Made by a program: the position numbers and the translations under genes
The notes under the pieces: model-generated
Database searches by the model: none
What the model saw: only the letters and a program-made list of their open reading frames with translations
What the model was told of the DNA's origin: nothing
Part shown: positions 58,181-64,000 of the stretch, piece after piece
How positions within the stretch are numbered: the stretch's first letter is position 1
Layout of the letters: every line of letters begins with the position of its first letter
Assembly (NCBI GenBank): GCA_046292385.1
Contig: JBKBRF010000007.1
Location: 1-64,000, forward strand
DNA from: Armatimonadota bacterium
GTDB lineage: Bacteria > Armatimonadota > SYMT01
Reading direction: 5' to 3'
Length of the DNA: 64,000 nucleotides

Positions 58181-58228
58181 AGTGAACTCGGGGCTACAGG
58201 GAGCGAAGCCCCGAAAGCTTTCGGGGCT
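58181..58228. repeat. REP-like unit with a perfect 22-bp palindrome
   Basis: AGTGAACTCGGGGCTAC, then AGCCCCGAAAGCTTTCGGGGCT (58207-58228). Confidence 0.55.
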
Positions 58229-58268
58229 GCCAAACCGCAGTCTGCGCGGGAAGCCTCTGCTGATTCCT

Positions 58269-59741
58269 TCAGGTTCCCTTCGCGTCCTTCGCGGAGACTT
58301 CGCGCCTTCGCGTTCGTTCGGGATCAGCACTCCGGATCGCGCGTCCGTTTCCCGGCCCGGGGACCAGCTTTCCGTCCCGCACGGCGAAGCGACCGTTGAC
58401 CAGCACGTGCCGGACACCGCGGCTGTACTGGCGGGCGTTCTGGAAGGTGGCCTGGTCCAGCACGGTGCGGGGGTCGAAGACGGTCACGTCGGCGTCCATG
58501 CCGGGAGAGAGGCGGCCCTTCCGCTTGAGCGCCGGGGCGCCCGGCTCGATCCGCTGCACCGGCTGCACCGTCATCTTGCGGAGAGCGGTCGCGAGCGGCA
58601 GCACCTTCCGCTCGCGGACGTAGCGGCCGAGCACGCGGGAGAAGGTGCCGGCCCCGCGCGGGTGACTCACCTCGCCCTCGCCGATCCAGCCGTCGCTGGC
58701 GACGGAGACGGCGGGATGACGCAGCGCCAGCTCGATCTCCGCTTCCGGAATCTGGTGGCAGGCGACGAAGCCGCCCATCTCCCGGAAGCGGGGGAAGCTC
58801 TGCTCCGTGACGCGCTCGCCGGTGGCGACCCAGACGAGGTCGTCGTAGCCGAGCAGGTACTTCTCCTGCCAGCCCGGGTCGAAGATGGCGCTCTGGATGC
58901 GCGTCATCCAGGCGTCGTACGGATAGATGTCGGCGGCGAGGTCGATCTTGCGGGCGCGGGCGCGGTCGAGCAGCGCCAGCGCCTCCTTTTGCCGGCGGAT
59001 CGCCATGCTCCCGATGTGGGCCACCTGCACCCGCGCGCCGGTGAGCGCGCCGGCGGCGATCAGCTCGTTGATCCCCTGGAACGGGTCGAGCAGGTGGGGC
59101 AGCCGGATGTGGGAGTGGACGCCGGTCCGGTGCCGCGCCGCCACCTCCGCCAGCGCGGTCACCTCCTGCCCACTGGTGCCGGGGATGTACTCCACCCCGA
59201 AGCCGACACCCAGCGCGCCCTCCCGGTGAGCGGTTTCCGCCAGGCGGGCCATGCGCGCGGTCTGCTCCGGCGTGGCGGGCGCGCCGCGGTCCGCCGCTCC
59301 CACCGCTTCCCGCAGCGAGCCGTGTCCCACCACGGTGCCGAAGTGGACCAGCGGCCGGCGGCGCGCCTGCTCCGCCAGCCAGTCCGCCACCTTTACCGGA
59401 CCTCCGTGCGTGGAGAGCACGGTCGTGACGCCGTCCATCACCTTGTAGGCGTCCCCCTCCGGATGAGTGCTGGAGAGGATGTCGACGAATCCCGGCGCGA
59501 CCACCAGGCCGCGCGCGTCGACTCGGACCCGTCCCCGCAGCCCGCGGCCGGAGGTCGTCTCCACGCGGCCGCCGCGGATGCCGATGTCGGCGGTACGATC
59601 GGTCCCGCTCGCCGGATCGATCACTCGCCCGCCGGAGAGCACCACGTCGTAGACCGGTCCGCCGGCCTGCCCGGAGGCGGATCCGGCGCCGAGGACCAGC
59701 GCCGCGCCGAGCGCAGCTAGCAAACGCACAGAGGGCTGCAC
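58269..59741 (-). CDS. Amidohydrolase (D-aminoacylase-like), probably exported; start approximate
   Basis: GGRVIDP, VVAPGFVD, ASDG, HPRGAGTFSRVL, DADVTVFDP. Confidence 0.85.
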   Translation of the reverse strand: MQPSVRLLAALGAALVLGAGSASGQAGGPVYDVVLSGGRVIDPASGTDRTADIGIRGGRVETTSGRGLRGRVRVDARGLVVAPGFVDILSSTHPEGDAYKVMDGVTTVLSTHGGPVKVADWLAEQARRRPLVHFGTVVGHGSLREAVGAADRGAPATPEQTARMARLAETAHREGALGVGFGVEYIPGTSGQEVTALAEVAARHRTGVHSHIRLPHLLDPFQGINELIAAGALTGARVQVAHIGSMAIRRQKEALALLDRARARKIDLAADIYPYDAWMTRIQSAIFDPGWQEKYLLGYDDLVWVATGERVTEQSFPRFREMGGFVACHQIPEAEIELALRHPAVSVASDGWIGEGEVSHPRGAGTFSRVLGRYVRERKVLPLATALRKMTVQPVQRIEPGAPALKRKGRLSPGMDADVTVFDPRTVLDQATFQNARQYSRGVRHVLVNGRFAVRDGKLVPGPGNGRAIRSADPERTRRREVSAKDAKGT

Positions 59742-60094
59742 TTTCTGGCGCTGGCTCGCATTTGGGAGTCGGCGCCCGCGTCTGCGGACGAGGCGGCAGC
59801 AAGCAGCGAGCATTTCGGGATGGCCCTCCGGAGCGCGGGCAGCGACTGGGCGGGAGCAGCCGCCTCGTCGTTCGTATTCTACGCGCGGCGGAGGCACGCT
59901 GTTCAGTGGCAAGCGGATCCACTGCCGGGCGAGCGGGCGCTGAAGGTGTGATCGGACAGGGGTTTGGAGTGTAAGGCCTTCGGGGATAAGGGGTTGGAGC
60001 CGGGACGGCAGCCGACGCGTGCGTGCCGCTGCCCGGTCGAGTTTACGCCCATCAATGCCGGCCTGCCCGGCCTGTCAGTTAGGAACAGCTTCTC

Positions 60095-61438
60095 ATGGTA
60101 GTCGATCAGTACGCGGGCGCGCCGCGAACCGGAGAGCACGAACGGCTGCGCCACAAGATCGCCACGCGCGAGGCGGAGATCTGCGTGGTAGGCCTGGGCT
60201 ACGTGGGGCTGCCGCTGGCCGTGGCGCTGGCGGAGGCGGGATTCCGCGTGCGCGGCCTCGACGTGGCGGCGGATAAGGTCCAGGAGCTCCGGGAAGGCCG
60301 CTCCTACATTCTCGACGTGCCGAGCGACTCGGTGGCGGCGCAGACGGAGGCGGGACGCTTCCGCGCGGAGACCGACGCCGCCTACGCGGTGCGCGGCGCG
60401 GACGTGATGATCATCACCGTCCCCACCCCCTACACTTCCAGCAAGCAGCCCGACCTGCGCTACGTGATGCACGCCTCCGAGACGATCCGGATGCACCTGC
60501 AGCCGGGAGCGCTGGTGGTCCTGGAGAGCACCACCTATCCGGGCACCACGGAGGAGATCGTGCAGCCGCGGCTGGAGGAGACCGGCCTGGTCTGCGGGCA
60601 GGACTTCCTCCTCGCCTACTCGCCGGAGCGGATCGAGCCGGGCAACCGGCGCTTCGGGCTGAAGAACACGCCGAAGATCGTCGGCGGCGTCACGCCGGAG
60701 GCGACCGAGCTGGCGGGAATGGTCTACGGCTCGATCATCGAGCAGATCGTGCCGGTGGAGAACCCGCGCGTGGCGGAGATGGCGAAGCTGCTGGAGAACA
60801 CCTTCCGGCACGTGAACATTGCGCTGGCGAACGAGATGGCGATCCTCTGCCGGGAGATGGACATCAACATCTGGCAGGTGATCGACGCCGCCGCCACCAA
60901 GCCGTTCGGCTTCATGCCGTTCTACCCGGGCCCCGGCGTGGGCGGGCACTGCATCCCGATCGATCCCTACTACTTCGCCTGGAAAGTGCAGGAGTTCCAG
61001 GGGTACGCCCGCTTCATCGAGCTGGCCGGGCAGGTGAACGACCAGATGCCGGAGATCGTGGCGCGGCGGGTGCAGGACGCGCTGAACGACCACGGCAAGA
61101 GCCTGAAAGGCGCCCGCGTGCTGGTGCTCGGCGCGGCGTATAAGAAAGACATCGACGACGTCCGGGAATCGCCCGCGCTGCACGTGATTGAGCGGCTCCA
61201 CAAAAAGGGCGCCGAGGTGAGCTACCACGACGACTACGTCGCCTCCCTCCGCACCGCCGCGGGAGAGCTGCGCTCCGTGCCGTTCAGCCCGGAGGTGCTC
61301 CGGGCGGCGGATGCGGTGGTGATCGTGACCGACCACACCAACATCCCGTACGGCGAGGTGCTGCGGCACGCCGCGCTGGTGATCGACACCCGCAACGCGA
61401 TGCGCGGCTACCGGGATCCGAAGATCGTCCGGTTGTAA
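60095..61438 (+). CDS. Nucleotide-sugar dehydrogenase (UDP-GlcNAc/ManNAc 6-dehydrogenase type)
   Basis: GLGYVGLP, ESTTYPGTT, SPERIEPGN, GVGGHCIP, YKKDIDD.RESP. Confidence 0.93.
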   Translation: MVVDQYAGAPRTGEHERLRHKIATREAEICVVGLGYVGLPLAVALAEAGFRVRGLDVAADKVQELREGRSYILDVPSDSVAAQTEAGRFRAETDAAYAVRGADVMIITVPTPYTSSKQPDLRYVMHASETIRMHLQPGALVVLESTTYPGTTEEIVQPRLEETGLVCGQDFLLAYSPERIEPGNRRFGLKNTPKIVGGVTPEATELAGMVYGSIIEQIVPVENPRVAEMAKLLENTFRHVNIALANEMAILCREMDINIWQVIDAAATKPFGFMPFYPGPGVGGHCIPIDPYYFAWKVQEFQGYARFIELAGQVNDQMPEIVARRVQDALNDHGKSLKGARVLVLGAAYKKDIDDVRESPALHVIERLHKKGAEVSYHDDYVASLRTAAGELRSVPFSPEVLRAADAVVIVTDHTNIPYGEVLRHAALVIDTRNAMRGYRDPKIVRL

Positions 61439-61761
61439 AGACCACTGCCGGCGAGGAAGTGGGCAGGGGGCAGGTTCGCGGCCAGGCACAAAGCTGGATT
61501 CGGAGCCGGCAACCTGGAACCTGACGGCCCGCCGGGCAAGTCAAAGTGAGAAGGGTGAGGCAGATCGAGGGCCGGGAGCAGCCGTCAGCGGCGCTCCCGG
61601 CCCTCGCGTTCCGGCGCCGGGTCCGGCCGCAGCCTGCCCGCTTGGCGGAGCGTCCCGTAGATCGCCGCGGGGCAGCCCGGCCGCATACGGAGGCAGCGCT
61701 CCACACGGGTGGAGAAGCGGCTGGCCGAGTGGAGAGGCTCCTGGGCAGGCAGAGGCGGCTC

Positions 61762-62229
61762 CTACTCGTAGTTGCCGTAGAAGGTCACCTCGATCCGGCG
61801 GACCTCTGCCGGGATGCCGGAGAGCTTGCGGACCCAGTTGCCGGAGCGGCTGTCGCCGAAGTAGATGCCTTCCTTCTCCAGGCCGGCGAAGTCGCGGGAG
61901 TAGAGCACCTGGTCGTCGCCGCTGTAGCCGCGCACTTCCACCCGCTCTCCCAGCAGCGCGAACGAGACCTGCCCGCGGCGAACGGTCCGCGAGACCCTCA
62001 CGGTCAGGCTGCCGGCGCTCCGGGTGCGGCGCAGCCGCAGGCGCGCCTCGGCGTCGCCGCCGCCGAACGACTGGTCGTACAGCTCGTAGACCAGCCCGCG
62101 GCGCTCTCCCAGGGAATCGAGCGAGTACCGCTCCAGGACCGGCAGCTCTTCCGCTGCCGGCGCGGCGGAAACGACCAGGGCGACGAGTACGAGACCAAGA
62201 CGGAGGGTGCGAGAGACGAGTGAAGACAT
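61762..62229 (-). CDS. Exported hypothetical protein
   Basis: Signal peptide, GC3 bias. Confidence 0.7.
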   Translation of the reverse strand: MSSLVSRTLRLGLVLVALVVSAAPAAEELPVLERYSLDSLGERRGLVYELYDQSFGGGDAEARLRLRRTRSAGSLTVRVSRTVRRGQVSFALLGERVEVRGYSGDDQVLYSRDFAGLEKEGIYFGDSRSGNWVRKLSGIPAEVRRIEVTFYGNYE

Positions 62230-62307
62230 CGGAGCGACTCCGGAATGAGTTCGACTGCTCGTTAGACTCGGCCGAGGCGGAAGTTGATGCGGAGCTTTCG
62301 AGCCGGG

Positions 62308-63171
62308 CTACTTCTTGCGCCGGAGGTGCTGGCCCAGGAACTCCAGCGTGGCGGCGTCGGCCTGGCGGGCGTGCGGAGAGTCGGCGGGCCAGCCGTGCCC
62401 GGCACCCTCCAGGATCAGGAGCTTGCTCTCCACGCCTTTCCCGCGGAGCGCGTCGTGGAGCAGGTGCGACTGCTCCTCCGGGTTCACCGTGTCGGCGTCG
62501 CCGTGGATGATCAGGAACGGCGGGGCCTCGCGGGTGACCATGCTCGCGGGCGAGGTGATCCGGTAGATCTCCTTCCGCTCTTCCGGCGAGCCGCCGAGCC
62601 AGGCGGTGAGGGGCCGGTGCGCCATCTCGATCTTCCACATCCGCACCAGCTCGTGCGCGCCGTAGAGGGCGACCACCGCCTCCGGCCGGCTGCGGAACCG
62701 CGCCAGCTCGCGGTCGCTGTTGTCCCGCGCCTTCCGCACCCCGATCAGGGCCGCCAGGTGCGCCCCCGCGGAGGCGCCCATCGCCGCCACCCGCCGCGGA
62801 TCGATGCCGTAGTCCCCCGCGTGCGCCCGCACCCAGCGCACCGCCCGCTGGCAGTCGTCGAAGGCGGCCGGGTAGGGGAACTGCGGCGCCAGCCGGTAGC
62901 CGACCGCGCACGCCGCATAGCCGTTTCGCGCCAGCCAGAGGCCGGTCTCCCGGTAGCCCGACTTGTTCCCGCCGATCCACCCGCCGCCGTGGATGAGCAG
63001 CACCGCCGGGTGCGGCCCCGTCCCTTCCGGGCGGTAGATGTCCATCAGCAGCCGGTAGCCGTCCGGCTCCCCGTAGAGGACGTCCTGCTCCACGCGCGGC
63101 TCGGCGGCGCGGGCACCGAGGGCGGAGAGGGCGAGAGCGGCGGGGGTAAGGAGGAGGGTGCGGCGGTTCAT
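62308..63171 (-). CDS. Alpha/beta hydrolase (HSL-like esterase), exported
   Basis: HGGGW, GASAG, HGDAD, GAGHG; NRR at the N-terminus. Confidence 0.9.
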   Translation of the reverse strand: MNRRTLLLTPAALALSALGARAAEPRVEQDVLYGEPDGYRLLMDIYRPEGTGPHPAVLLIHGGGWIGGNKSGYRETGLWLARNGYAACAVGYRLAPQFPYPAAFDDCQRAVRWVRAHAGDYGIDPRRVAAMGASAGAHLAALIGVRKARDNSDRELARFRSRPEAVVALYGAHELVRMWKIEMAHRPLTAWLGGSPEERKEIYRITSPASMVTREAPPFLIIHGDADTVNPEEQSHLLHDALRGKGVESKLLILEGAGHGWPADSPHARQADAATLEFLGQHLRRKK

Positions 63172-63234
63172 ACCTGTTGTTTCCCGCCGGAGCGAGAGAT
63201 CTCCTCGCCAGCTCGGCAGCCAAATACCGATGAC

Positions 63235-63600
63235 GTCTGGAGGCGCAGCCGTAGGCTGGGCTGGAGGACGGCGACTGTGACCCCCCTGGGAGCCAGGGGG
63301 GGTAGCTCGAAGGCTCCGGATCCAGCCCGTGAACCTCACCTTGGGTGCGATGGAGCGCGGTGGCGCGGGAAGAGGTTCTCGGAGCGACCCCCGCAGCGGT
63401 CTGCTAACGGAGCGAAGCGGAGTGTGAAAAGACCGCGGAGGGCCTGCGTCGCGGGAGGGCTGGATCCGGAGACAAGGGCTCGGGGTCGAACCCCGGGACC
63501 GACGCTGCTGCCCGGCAGGCCGCAGAAGCCGCGGCAACGCGACCGATGTCGGTCCTCGGTGCCAACACGGCTCGGCGATCCGCAGACAGGCTCATCCGGG
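63235..63600. other. Extensively base-paired non-coding element
   Basis: Perfect 15-bp IR 63314-63328/63457-63471 plus several flanking hairpins. Confidence 0.55.
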
Positions 63601-63738
63601 CTGAACACCCACTCTTTCACCGCACTCAGCCCTACCGCCGTGCTCCGCTGATCCTCCGCGTAGGAAGGCTGAACGACCCCGGGGCGCGAACTCAGCCTGG
63701 CCGGGATTTCCACCGCACGCCGACGCCCGAGGATAGCC

Positions 63739-64000
63739 ATGTCCAGCCGCCACTCCCTCTCCCGCCGGGAAGCCGTCCAGGCGCTCGCCGCCCTCGCGTC
63801 CGCTCCCGCCGCGGCGTTTGTCCCCGCCGCCGTAGAGGCCGCTCCGGGCGGGAAGGACGACGCGCGCGAGCGGCTGTTCGACGAGGGCTGGCGCTTCCAT
63901 CGCGGCGATGCCCCCGGCGCGGAGGCGGCGGGCTTCCCCGACGCGGAGTGGCGCACGGTCTCGCTGCCGCACGACTGGAGCATCGAAGACCTCCCGCCGC
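63739..64000 (+). CDS. GH2-type glycoside hydrolase with a Tat signal (5' part, runs off the window)
   Basis: SRREAV Tat motif; [25 protein letters not shown]. Confidence 0.85.
   Translation, partial: MSSRHSLSRREAVQALAALASAPAAAFVPAAVEAAPGGKDDARERLFDEGWRFHRGDAPGAEAAGFPDAEWRTVSLPHDWSIEDLPP

Noticed and set aside
61546..63651. Plus-strand ORFs of 225 and 455 aa and the 560-aa minus ORF (61541-63223)
   Set aside because: Shadows or off-frame overlaps of the two real minus-strand genes.

Overview
High-GC bacterial chromosomal window in two parts. Positions ~1-11900 are the right-hand part of an accessory, probably integrated, element. It encodes a divergent exonuclease-less family-A (TV-Pol-like) polymerase between two ~600 nt hairpin-dense non-coding blocks, a 1387-aa Cas4/Dna2-like Fe-S nuclease-SF1 helicase, an XRE repressor facing an ORF-ParB operon, decayed gene remnants, a third structured non-coding block and a XerC-like tyrosine integrase. 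The integrase abuts tRNA-Gly(CCC), which unusually points away from the element. Positions ~12300-64000 are mostly core genes: hydrolases, PhyH dioxygenases, dapL, a ccmABCDEF (CxxxY-type CcmE) plus hemA-ccsA-hemC-cobA/hemD cluster interrupted by an AlbA_2/Schlafen-ATPase gene, araB, rsmE, aroQ, Xaa-Pro peptidase, ABC-F, ogt, murA, GH43, prpBC, a MazEF-like TA pair, Ppx/GppA, CheR, a nucleotide-sugar dehydrogenase and the start of a GH2. Core intergenic spaces carry many miniature palindromic elements built from 7-9 bp tandem units. No CRISPR array or rRNA was seen. All calls are from manual motif reading; no database searches or folding programs were run.
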